Positions 1 to 8,806 of a DNA stretch of 64,000 bases are shown piece by piece. The notes under the pieces are model-generated. The model had not been told where the DNA came from, ran no database searches, and was given only the letters and a program-made list of their open reading frames with translations. A program made the translations under genes and the position numbers. The stretch is from Candidatus Heimdallarchaeota archaeon (GTDB lineage Archaea > Asgardarchaeota > Heimdallarchaeia > JABLTI01). The stretch is taken from assembly GCA_019058275.1 (NCBI GenBank), contig JAHLVW010000061.1:38004-102003 (forward strand). The letters are read 5' to 3'. Position 1 is the stretch's first letter, and the number at the start of each line of letters is the position of its first letter.

Positions 1-2
1 AT

Positions 3-425
3 ATGCTAAATGATTATGATTTGGTTTTTATTGGTTCTCCATGTCATAGTGCAGATTTAGTAAAGCCAATAAAATCTCTTCTTGAAGGAATACCAAATAA
101 TCCAAAATACAATCTAGCGGGATTTTTCACTCATGCTTGTTTTCCTCCAGAATTAAAAGAGAACAAAGAACTCTATGAAAAATGGGTAGGCAAATGTCGA
201 AAGACCTTTGAAAAAATCAGCTCTGAGAAAGATATCAAGTTTCATGGTTGCTTTAGATGTTTAGGAGCTCCTTCAGCACCTAAAGAACAATTTATTCACA
301 AGGAAATCGTTACTGATGAGAAAGAATTCAAAGAATATGTAGCATATGTTAAACCTCATCCAGATGAAAAGGACATTCAAGATGCTCAAAAATTCGCTTT
401 AGATGTAATTCAGAAAGTTGCTTAA
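3..425 (+). CDS. Flavodoxin-family protein (probably 5'-truncated by window edge)
   Basis: YDLVFIGSPCH and AGFFTH flavodoxin-like strands; C-terminal HPDEKDIQDAQKFA typical of the family; N-terminal P-loop not present in the window. Confidence 0.75.
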   Translation: MLNDYDLVFIGSPCHSADLVKPIKSLLEGIPNNPKYNLAGFFTHACFPPELKENKELYEKWVGKCRKTFEKISSEKDIKFHGCFRCLGAPSAPKEQFIHKEIVTDEKEFKEYVAYVKPHPDEKDIQDAQKFALDVIQKVA

Positions 426-558
426 TATAACTCATGATGTTAGTTATTCATTTTGTGAAATTTCTTCTAGTGAGAAACACAAACAATCAAATTAACTAAA
501 GTTTACTATAGACAACTTTATTTTCTTATTCAACAATACTTCATACAAGGAGTTGGAT

Positions 559-1226
559 ATGTCAAAAAGCTCTTCCTTGAACCACATTATGGCGATATAG
601 CTTGGTCATGTGGTGGTTTAGTAGCTCAAAATAAAGAAAATTCAATTATTTTGACAATTTTTCCAGATCGAAGAAAATTCTATCGAATTAAACGAAAAGG
701 TTCCATTTATAGGAGAAAGAAACGAGAAGAAATAGATTATGGGAAGTTATCTGGAGTAGAGATTATTTTTCTTAAATTCAAATCAGCACTCCTTAGAGGA
801 AGAACTTTTGAGAGTCTCATTGACAAGAACTTAAATGAAATTGAAGAAAAACAAGTCATAGAGCTACGGGATGTAATTTCAGATTTAGTTTTGAAAGAAA
901 ACATCTCAGAAATTTACTGTTCAAGAGCGCGTCGTAATCAAGTTGATCATATTATTGTTAAGAAAGCAGTAGCTGGTTTGAGTGTAGCAGGATACGATAT
1001 ATTTTATTATGAAGATTTTCCAACTTTTCTACCTGATTCAAAAAATCTCAAAACAGATACAGGATATTCAAGAATTGAAATTGATATATCAAATGTAATT
1101 GAAGAAAAAATTCAAGGAATATTGTTATATGAATCCTTAATTGATGTCTATTTTAAGTCAAAGGAGCTTTTAGTAGAAAAGATTAGAGTAACAACTTTTG
1201 AAGTATTTTGGAAAGATATTAGTTAA
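559..1226 (+). pseudogene. PIG-L/LmbE-like deacetylase homolog, frameshifted near start
   Basis: SD AAGGAG then ATG at 559; adding one A to the A5 run at 564-568 gives MSKKLFLEPHYGDIAWSCGG (PHxDD...SCGG-like) in frame with ORF 651..1226, which has QVDH and YYEDFP motifs. Confidence 0.65.
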
Positions 1227-1270
1227 AAATTAATATAGATCCAAACACATTTTGAATCGTGGAGAAATGA

Positions 1271-1969
1271 ATGAAGAAACTAACAGGTATAAAGGTTATT
1301 TCTTTCGATGCAGATGGTACATTATGGGATTTTGTTAAGGTAATGAGACATTCATTAAAATTCGTTTTAGAAGCCATTAATGAATTAGATTCTCAAGCTG
1401 GTTCGAAACTTGATATCGATTTAATGATTAAAATAAGAAATAAAGTTGCTAATGAATTGAAAGGTATTGTAACCAATTTAGAGGATATTAGATTACATGC
1501 TTTTCGTGAAACTTTAAAAGCTGTAAAAAGACCAAACGAAGAATTGGCTAATTACTTGAACCAGATTTACCTTAAACATCGTTTTGAAGATATTGAACTC
1601 TATAATGATGTTCTCCCAACACTTAGAGCTCTAAAAAAGGAATATACAATAGGGATACTATCAAATGGTAATTCTTACCCAGAACATTGTGGATTAGAAG
1701 AGATGTTTGATTTTGTAGTTTTTTCACAAGATTTTGGCATAGAGAAACCGGATAAAGAGATTTTCAATATAACGCTTGAAAAGGTTAAATGTAAGAAGAA
1801 TGAGATTGTACATATTGGTGATTCTCTCGAGACTGATATACAAGGAGCTATTAATGCAGAAATAAACTATATCTGGCTTAATCGAAATAAAATACCAAAT
1901 CCGTACAATTTTGAAGTAGAATACGAAATAACATCATTAATAGAACTAATAGATATTATTATACTTTAA
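1271..1969 (+). CDS. HAD-superfamily hydrolase (subfamily IA)
   Basis: FDADGTL motif I, LSNG motif II, EKPD motif III, HIGDSLETDIQGA motif IV. Confidence 0.92.
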   Translation: MKKLTGIKVISFDADGTLWDFVKVMRHSLKFVLEAINELDSQAGSKLDIDLMIKIRNKVANELKGIVTNLEDIRLHAFRETLKAVKRPNEELANYLNQIYLKHRFEDIELYNDVLPTLRALKKEYTIGILSNGNSYPEHCGLEEMFDFVVFSQDFGIEKPDKEIFNITLEKVKCKKNEIVHIGDSLETDIQGAINAEINYIWLNRNKIPNPYNFEVEYEITSLIELIDIIIL

Positions 1970-1982
1970 GAAAAAAAGGGAA

Positions 1983-3260
1983 TTATGGTGAAAAATAGGT
2001 AATAACACCTTTTTCAACCATTACTTTTCCATCTTTAATTACATGTGAAAAATTCTTAGGATTTTCGATTATTGTTATGTCTTCTAGTGGATTCTTATTG
2101 CAAATGACAATGTCAGCAATTTTTCCTTTTTCAATAACACCAATCTTATCATCCAGATGAACACATTTCGCACCAACAATTGTAGCAGCTTGTAGAGCTT
2201 GACTTGGAGTCATTCCTACGTTTTCCACCATGTATTTTACTTCTGATCCTGTTCTTCCATGATAATTACCAGGTGTCCCAGCATCTGTTCCTACAGTAAC
2301 TTGTACTCCCCTTTCAAAAGCTATTTTGTGGCTATTCATTTGTGATTTTGAAGTCTCTTTTGTTTTAACTTGTACTTCAGGTGGCATTTGTTCCAAAATA
2401 CCTGATTCTAGCAAATGTATAAGTGCTGCTTGAGTTGGAACAAGAAATGATCCTTTCTTTTTCATTAAATCAGCTGTTTCTTCATCTAGAAAACTTCCAT
2501 GTTCAATGGTATCAATTCCAGCCTTCACAGCTCGATATATACCTTCTAAACCATGTGCATGGCTAGCAACATGCATACCAATTCTGTGCGCTTCTTCTAC
2601 CATTCCTTCAAGTTCTTCATCAGTGAAAAGGCTGGTTCCAAGTTTAGATTCCATACCATGCAGTACTCCACCAGTTGTGAGAGTCTTTATGAAATCTGCA
2701 CCTGCACGTTTTCTATCACGAACAGCATGCTTTACACCAACTACTCCAGCTTTTACTTCACCAATTTGTCTATAGTAAGCAAGCATAAAATCTGGTGCTA
2801 TTGCTTCTTGGTTCCCCCATTGAGCTACCCCATTATCAGCAACAACTAATCTTGGTCCTGCAAGAAGACCCATTTCTAGAATTCTTCTCAAAGAAGCAAT
2901 CCAACCAGGTGATGAACCGCAATCTCGTACACATGTAAAACCACTAGCAAGCTGTTTCTGAGCATTATTCAAAGCAATAAAACACCACATACTTGTTTTT
3001 GTTCTCATGTACTCTCTTTCATATTGTGGATCACCTGTTGCTTCTAAATGAACATGGCTTTCAACCATTCCAGGAAGAATTGTCTTCCCAGCTGCTTTTA
3101 TTATTTGATCATTTTTCTCTTTTTCAAATGACCCATCATCTCCAACCCATACAATTTTCTTCCCTTCAATAACAATAGTCTTATTTTCAGCTATTGTTCC
3201 TTTCAGAGAATCAAAAACATTACCAGATTGTATTATTAATCTCCCGTTTTTAGGTGCCAA
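1983..3260 (-). CDS. Metal-dependent amidohydrolase (Xaa-Pro dipeptidase-like)
   Basis: LPGMVESHVH, GADFIK, VASHAHG, IEHG, GTDAGTP, GKIADIV motifs. Confidence 0.9.
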   Translation of the reverse strand: MAPKNGRLIIQSGNVFDSLKGTIAENKTIVIEGKKIVWVGDDGSFEKEKNDQIIKAAGKTILPGMVESHVHLEATGDPQYEREYMRTKTSMWCFIALNNAQKQLASGFTCVRDCGSSPGWIASLRRILEMGLLAGPRLVVADNGVAQWGNQEAIAPDFMLAYYRQIGEVKAGVVGVKHAVRDRKRAGADFIKTLTTGGVLHGMESKLGTSLFTDEELEGMVEEAHRIGMHVASHAHGLEGIYRAVKAGIDTIEHGSFLDEETADLMKKKGSFLVPTQAALIHLLESGILEQMPPEVQVKTKETSKSQMNSHKIAFERGVQVTVGTDAGTPGNYHGRTGSEVKYMVENVGMTPSQALQAATIVGAKCVHLDDKIGVIEKGKIADIVICNKNPLEDITIIENPKNFSHVIKDGKVMVEKGVITYFSP

Positions 3261-3511
3261 AATATCATTCTTCCCAAATTTTGTCCAGAGTAAGATTATC
3301 GATATTTTTTAAAAACCTTGTTGCAAATGAGAGAGTTGCTTTTTGTTTCTATAATTTACAATAGGTATTAGATAAAGGAACATTTTTGCTCCAAGTTTTG
3401 TTTAAAACATAAATAGAATCAAACTTATTTATATGAAAGATTTACAAGTCTAGAATTGAATTTATTTTTCGATTCTCAGGTGATAGGACTTGTTAACATT
3501 CATAATCTAAA

Positions 3512-4222
3512 TTAGTATGTCAAAGATTGAATTACTTGCTTGGGTTCAATATTATTGATCATTAAAAGCAGTTCAGTGCATACTGCTAATAATACAGCAA
3601 CAACTGCAAGATTTACTGCATCACTGAAGATTGACCAGAAAATATCTGTATTAAATAGAACGATAATATTTACTACTATATCAATTAGAACAAACAGACC
3701 TAACACAAATGGTGCAATTGCCAAACGACTATTCATTCCTTGATATACTTTCATTTTGTCTAATGTAAAACCAATAATGAGAAAAATCGCAGCAAGAATC
3801 AATGATAATATAATTAAAACTCCTAGTGAAATATAAATCATATATCCTGCAGATGGTCTAATTGTTCCTATGACTATTATGAGGATAACATCAATTACTA
3901 AAATGATTATGTAAGTAAATGCTAATTGTTGGATAATGTTCCTTCCAGTTACTGATTTAAATTTAAAAAATGAACTAAATTTGGAAACACCTATTGATAG
4001 GAGAATTAAAGCTGTCAATATTATTGCTAGTGAAACCCAATAGAAGATTGTAAACATATAAGGAATTCCTGACAAATCAGCAAGGCTGAAAGCATAATAA
4101 ACACTTGTAATAGCTGCATATACCATAAAAATAATTAGGCTAATTCTTAGCTGGCTTAAACTCCTTTGAAAAGCTGGTTCGACTACTGTTCGTATAATTA
4201 CTTCTTGTTCTTCTACTGACAG
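3512..4222 (-). CDS. Hypothetical multi-pass membrane protein (likely CTG start at 4222; first ATG at 4126)
   Basis: About 6 hydrophobic segments; frame stays open upstream of the ATG to a CTG preceded by GGAGG. Confidence 0.7.
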   Translation of the reverse strand: MSVEEQEVIIRTVVEPAFQRSLSQLRISLIIFMVYAAITSVYYAFSLADLSGIPYMFTIFYWVSLAIILTALILLSIGVSKFSSFFKFKSVTGRNIIQQLAFTYIIILVIDVILIIVIGTIRPSAGYMIYISLGVLIILSLILAAIFLIIGFTLDKMKVYQGMNSRLAIAPFVLGLFVLIDIVVNIIVLFNTDIFWSIFSDAVNLAVVAVLLAVCTELLLMINNIEPKQVIQSLTY

Positions 4223-4444
4223 AGTTTACCCTCCACAATTAATTATTTTTAGGAATTTATAAACTTAATCAGTGCAAGTTTTCAGCCATTAATTGTCAAT
4301 TGATAAATTGATTATTGTTACAATTCACAATTACATACTTTGAATAATAATAGTAACGTTTCAAAAATAAAAAACTAAAAATAATACTTTTTAATAAGAA
4401 AAATTCAAATCTTAATTAGCTATTTATTTTATGAGTGGTTCTCT

Positions 4445-4771
4445 TTGGTTAAACATCCCAAGTATCAAGCAATGGATGATGCACGTCAAGATGTAATACC
4501 AATAGCTTTCAAAGAATTTTGTAGAGATGATTTTAAACTGAATAGGAATGATCCCTACATTTCTAAAAACTCAGAAGATAAACCTATCGGTCCACGCCCA
4601 AGACCTACATTTGAGGTTGTAAACAAAGAAAATAAGAGTGTTGCCATTTTTTATCCTAATGGTTATTCAGAATGTTTTGATAAATTCTTTAGAGAAATTT
4701 TTGATAAAATAGTTCAAAGGATAGAGGAAGCAGCAAATTTAGCACTAAAAGAATATGAAGGTTTGAGATAG
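4445..4771 (+). CDS. Hypothetical protein (108 aa)
   Basis: Clean ORF with TTG start after GAGTGG; a diverged copy of its 3' end at 6682-6750 supports coding status. Confidence 0.7.
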   Translation: MVKHPKYQAMDDARQDVIPIAFKEFCRDDFKLNRNDPYISKNSEDKPIGPRPRPTFEVVNKENKSVAIFYPNGYSECFDKFFREIFDKIVQRIEEAANLALKEYEGLR

Positions 4772-4905
4772 TTCTTTTTCGACGAAATTATTCAGATTTT
4801 TAATGGAAAAGACAAGAATTTAGAGATAATTAGGTAAAACGAATCTTTAAAAACTATGCTGAGATTAAATTTTTAATTGAAGTAGTTTTCCTAAGTGGTG
4901 ATAAA

Positions 4906-6051
4906 ATGTCTAAGTTCAAGAAAGGTTTAGAGGGAATAATTGCACTTGAAACAGAAATTTCGTATATCGATGGAGAAAAAGGCATATTAGAGTACCGTGG
5001 ACATAGAATTGAAAAATTAGCTGAGTTGTCTTATGAAGAAGTAGTTCATTTATTACTCTATGATAAACTACCAAACACTGAAGAGCTAAATGAGTTTTTT
5101 AATAAGACAAAAGTGATAAGAGAATTAGATGTTCGTACTAAGGAAGTCATTCATTATCATAATTTCAATATTGAAGCAATGGATGCACTGATGACAGCAT
5201 TGGCTCATATATCTCAAGGAGATCCTGATTTAAATGTTAATACTCCAGAAGCAAATATTAGAAAAGCTCTTAGATTAATCGCAAAAGCTCCTACTATTGT
5301 TGCTTATTATCAAAGAATACATGAGGGTAAGGAAATTGTTAAACCAAACGAGCTTTTACCTCACTGTTCAAACTTTTTATACATGCTTCGAGGGGAGGTA
5401 CCAACAAAACTTGAATCAAAAATACTGGATCTAGATTTTATTCTAAGTACTGAGCATGAATTGAATGCTTCTACTTTTGCAGTCAGAGTAACTGCATCAA
5501 CATTATCAGATATTCATTCAGCTGTCATCTCAGGAATTGGAACATTAAAAGGTGTCCTACATGGTGGCGCACGTTTAGCGGTTATGAATATGCTCGATGA
5601 AATTGGTTCACCAAAGAAGACTGAAGAATATATTATGAACATGATAAATACCAAACAAAGAATAATGGGTTTTGGTCATAGAGTTTATAGAGTGGTTGAT
5701 CCAAGAGCAAATATCTTTAGAGATCTAGCTAAGAAAATAGCAGAAGAGAAAAAAGACATGAAATGGTATGATATGGCAACAAAAATTGAAGAAGTTGTCA
5801 CAAGAGAACTTGTAGAAAAACAAGGAAAACCAATCTACATGAATGTTGATTTCTATTCAGGGGTAATTTACAAATATCTTGAAATTCCACCAAAACTAGC
5901 AACAGCAATTTTTGCATTAGGACGTATAACAGGGTGGTTGGCTCACGCAATGGAACAATACTCAGATAATCGATTAATCAGACCTAGAGCTAAATACATT
6001 GGAGAACACCATTCACAAGATAAAGAAATTTCCAAATTGACTAAAGATTGA
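4906..6051 (+). CDS. gltA: Citrate synthase / 2-methylcitrate synthase family
   Basis: KGLEGI, LEYRG, EHELNAST, LHGGA, MGFGHRVY, DPRA, NVDFYSG, LIRPRA motifs. Confidence 0.93.
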   Translation: MSKFKKGLEGIIALETEISYIDGEKGILEYRGHRIEKLAELSYEEVVHLLLYDKLPNTEELNEFFNKTKVIRELDVRTKEVIHYHNFNIEAMDALMTALAHISQGDPDLNVNTPEANIRKALRLIAKAPTIVAYYQRIHEGKEIVKPNELLPHCSNFLYMLRGEVPTKLESKILDLDFILSTEHELNASTFAVRVTASTLSDIHSAVISGIGTLKGVLHGGARLAVMNMLDEIGSPKKTEEYIMNMINTKQRIMGFGHRVYRVVDPRANIFRDLAKKIAEEKKDMKWYDMATKIEEVVTRELVEKQGKPIYMNVDFYSGVIYKYLEIPPKLATAIFALGRITGWLAHAMEQYSDNRLIRPRAKYIGEHHSQDKEISKLTKD

Positions 6052-6097
6052 AAGGAATTTAGTACCAACAATCAAAATCATTATGGGAAATATGCTA

Positions 6098-6584
6098 TTA
6101 AAGATCCTCTTTACAAACCGGACAAAGAGGATTTTTTCTCAACCATTCTAAAATATGATCATTGATGAAATAATGAAGCACATCTTGGACATTCAATGAC
6201 TATATGACCTTCTTTTATAGGTTTTCTACAGATTTCACATGTATGTTTTTCACGATCTCCAAGAAAAACTTTAGGTTCTATTACTAACTTGAAAATTTCT
6301 TCTGGTTTCTCACTTTCTACAACATCTTGTATCAAATCATCATATTCAGTTTGATAATATCTTTCCTCTCTTCTTTTCTTGATTCTTTGAACAATTATTG
6401 CGAATAATCCACTTAGAGCTACAAAAGCAAAAGGACCAATTATTCTTAACGATAAAATCAATGGAACAGAATTAACCCGATCAGTACTAAATGTAATGAT
6501 AAGTAGGGTTATAAAAGCAATTATGCTTATACACATCAGTATTACTAAAACAATAGCAATGCTTCTAGACTTTCTATCACCCAT
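6098..6584 (-). pseudogene. Two-TM membrane protein with C-terminal RING-type zinc finger, frameshifted near 6160-6164
   Basis: ORF ends CEIC...CPRCASLFHQ*; the shifted frame continues NDHILEWLRKNPLCPVCKEDL* to TAA at 6098-6100, completing a RING-like ligand set. Confidence 0.75.
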
Positions 6585-6681
6585 TTCCTAACCCTAGCAT
6601 TTCTTATGTAATATGCTATTTAAAACTATAGAAAAACAACTAGCTTTCAGTTTAATAATAACTTTCCTCTTTTAGCTATAC

Positions 6682-6750
6682 TTTGAAAGAATGGTTAAAG
6701 AAATAGAGAATGCAGCTCAAGAAGCATTAACAGAATATAAGGGACATTAG
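6682..6750 (+). pseudogene. Remnant 3' end of a paralog of the 4445..4771 gene
   Basis: FERMVKEIENAAQEALTEYKGH* aligns without gaps to FDKIVQRIEEAANLALKEYEGLR*. Confidence 0.7.
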
Positions 6751-6892
6751 ATAAAGGGAATGGTCATTTTTCTAAATCTACTGTAGTTTTTAACCTTTTT
6801 TTCTCATGATTTGAATCTTTTGATTTAATATTTTTTTCATCATCGTTTAGTTTTAAAACGAAATGTTATTGTTTAGAAAAATAGAGAAAATT

Positions 6893-6912
6893 GTGAAGAA
6901 ATGAATCTTCAC
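6893..6912 (-). terminator. Hairpin plus T-rich tract downstream of hdrB
   Basis: GTGAAGA/TCTTCAC 7-bp stem followed on the minus strand by TTTTCTCTATTTTT. Confidence 0.5.
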
Positions 6913-6926
6913 TAACTGTATCAATA

Positions 6927-7790
6927 TTATTTAATTAGGTCTTCCCAACCAGTAAGGTTGAGTTGTAAGCCAAGTGTTTCTTTATCCATTCCTAAAGCAA
7001 GACCAACATATTGAGAAAGATACATTGCTGGTAGTTTAACATCTTTACCAATTACTTTCCCTGCAACATCTTGGGAAGCTCCGAGTTGTTTATGACAGAA
7101 TGGACAAATATTGCAGATACTGTTATAACCTCGTTGTTTCATAATGTGAATTTTTCCACCAGATTCAGACAAGGCTGTTTCAGCTTCAATACCAATAATC
7201 GTTGCTGCGCAACAATCAAGAAGTTCCGGATAATTTGGTGATTTAGCTCCAAGTGTTTCAAGAATTTCTTGCATTTTAGTTGGTTTCTCAGCATCAGCTG
7301 GACGAGGAATCAAAGGTGGACGAATTATATGACATCCATAATGAGTAGCTGTTATTAGACCTTTAAGTTTCTTCTTAACACTTTTCTTGAGCTTCTCCAA
7401 TCCAATATCATCGTATAAAATTGTTAGAATATTACGAACTGGTAGTGCTGATTCAAATTGCAATCCTTCTTTTGCTAAAGCTTTGTTTACTTTCTCTTTT
7501 AAATCAGCATGATGTTCAAGTTCATGTGCTAATTCACTTAGAGAAAGATCACATCCATTACAAATTGTTGCTATTGCATCGTATCCTTGAGCTTTTGCTA
7601 ATACATGAATTCTTGCTGCTAAGAATGCCCACATTTCGTGTTTTGTTGATTTTATTGGTGTTCCACAGCAATTCTGATCTTCTATATCTTGAAAATCAAT
7701 CTCAAAATGCTTCATAACTGCTCGAGCACTAATCTCATTTTCATAGCTGTCAGATTGTGAGGTACATCCGATATAGAAACCATACTTCAT
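6927..7790 (-). CDS. hdrB: Heterodisulfide reductase subunit B
   Basis: Two CCG domains (IGC, QNCCG, ICNGC, HYGCH, DCCA, CPFC); last gene of the hdr cluster. Confidence 0.92.
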   Translation of the reverse strand: MKYGFYIGCTSQSDSYENEISARAVMKHFEIDFQDIEDQNCCGTPIKSTKHEMWAFLAARIHVLAKAQGYDAIATICNGCDLSLSELAHELEHHADLKEKVNKALAKEGLQFESALPVRNILTILYDDIGLEKLKKSVKKKLKGLITATHYGCHIIRPPLIPRPADAEKPTKMQEILETLGAKSPNYPELLDCCAATIIGIEAETALSESGGKIHIMKQRGYNSICNICPFCHKQLGASQDVAGKVIGKDVKLPAMYLSQYVGLALGMDKETLGLQLNLTGWEDLIK

Positions 7791-8326
7791 TTTTCTTCCT
7801 CCGATGCTTTTATCTCGAGCACTTGGTCAGCACCTACTATTTTAAGTGCTTCTTGGAATTTAGCTATATCTTTGATTCCTTTTGGAGGTAAATCAAGATC
7901 ATCTCTTGAAACGAAGTCAAAATCAGTCGTAGTTACTTCTCGTGGTTCTTGTATAGCTCCATAATTCTTTATTGCTTGTATCATTGCAGTCATTGCTTTT
8001 GGTGGAGCAATTCCTCTATTTACTGCGATATTTGTCAGAGAAGCAATTGTAAAAGCCGGAGCAGTATCCATAGGACATCTTGCTCCACAAGTAAAGCAGT
8101 TATAACATTTCCAAAGTATTCCAGATTCAATTATATCATCAATTAATCCCATGGTTGCAGCTATTTGGAATTTATGAGGAGCGAATTCTGAAAAAACCTT
8201 GTTTGCTGGGCAACCATTTGTACATTTAACACAAGTATAGCAATCTTCTGGTTTTGCATCACTAGAGATTGCTTTAATTTTATTGACTAGCTCTTTATCT
8301 CTAGAGCTATATTCTATAATATCCAT
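7787..8326 (-). CDS. hdrC: Heterodisulfide reductase subunit C
   Basis: CYTCVKCTNGCP and WKCYNCFTCGARCP 4Fe-4S motifs; overlaps hdrB start. Confidence 0.9.
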   Translation of the reverse strand: MDIIEYSSRDKELVNKIKAISSDAKPEDCYTCVKCTNGCPANKVFSEFAPHKFQIAATMGLIDDIIESGILWKCYNCFTCGARCPMDTAPAFTIASLTNIAVNRGIAPPKAMTAMIQAIKNYGAIQEPREVTTTDFDFVSRDDLDLPPKGIKDIAKFQEALKIVGADQVLEIKASEEEK

Positions 8327-8340
8327 AAAGTTGCCTCCAG

Positions 8341-8790
8341 TTATTTCTTATTTAGAGGAGCAGGTCCAAGCTCTTTCAATTTCAAGACCATTTCTGTTAT
8401 GGTGTTAGCAAATTTATTGCCTTCTCCTGCGGAGATAAACTCCAATCGAAGTCGATCTTTTTCTATACCAAAAGAGTCCATCAATTTATGTAACAAATTA
8501 ACTCTTTTGAATGTCTTATAATTTTGAGCGATGTAGTGACAATCACCTAAATGACAGGCAGCTATTAACACTCCATCAGCACCGTTTTCAAAAGCATCGA
8601 TAACAAACTGGGGGTCAACCCGACCTGAACACATAGTGCGAATAATTCTGACATTGGCAGGATATTTTAACCTTGAGAGTCCTGCCAAATCTGCACCTGC
8701 GTAGCTACACCAATTGCAGCAAAATGCTAGCAAATTGGGTTCAAATGTTTTATCCTTATTTTTTACAACGGTTGTAGTTTTAGAGTTCAT
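8341..8790 (-). CDS. mvhD: MvhD [2Fe-2S] subunit
   Basis: AFCCNWCSYAGAD, MCSGRVDP, ACHLGDCHY, FISAGEG. Confidence 0.95.
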   Translation of the reverse strand: MNSKTTTVVKNKDKTFEPNLLAFCCNWCSYAGADLAGLSRLKYPANVRIIRTMCSGRVDPQFVIDAFENGADGVLIAACHLGDCHYIAQNYKTFKRVNLLHKLMDSFGIEKDRLRLEFISAGEGNKFANTITEMVLKLKELGPAPLNKK

Positions 8791-8806
8791 TTAAGGTCCT
8801 CCAAAT

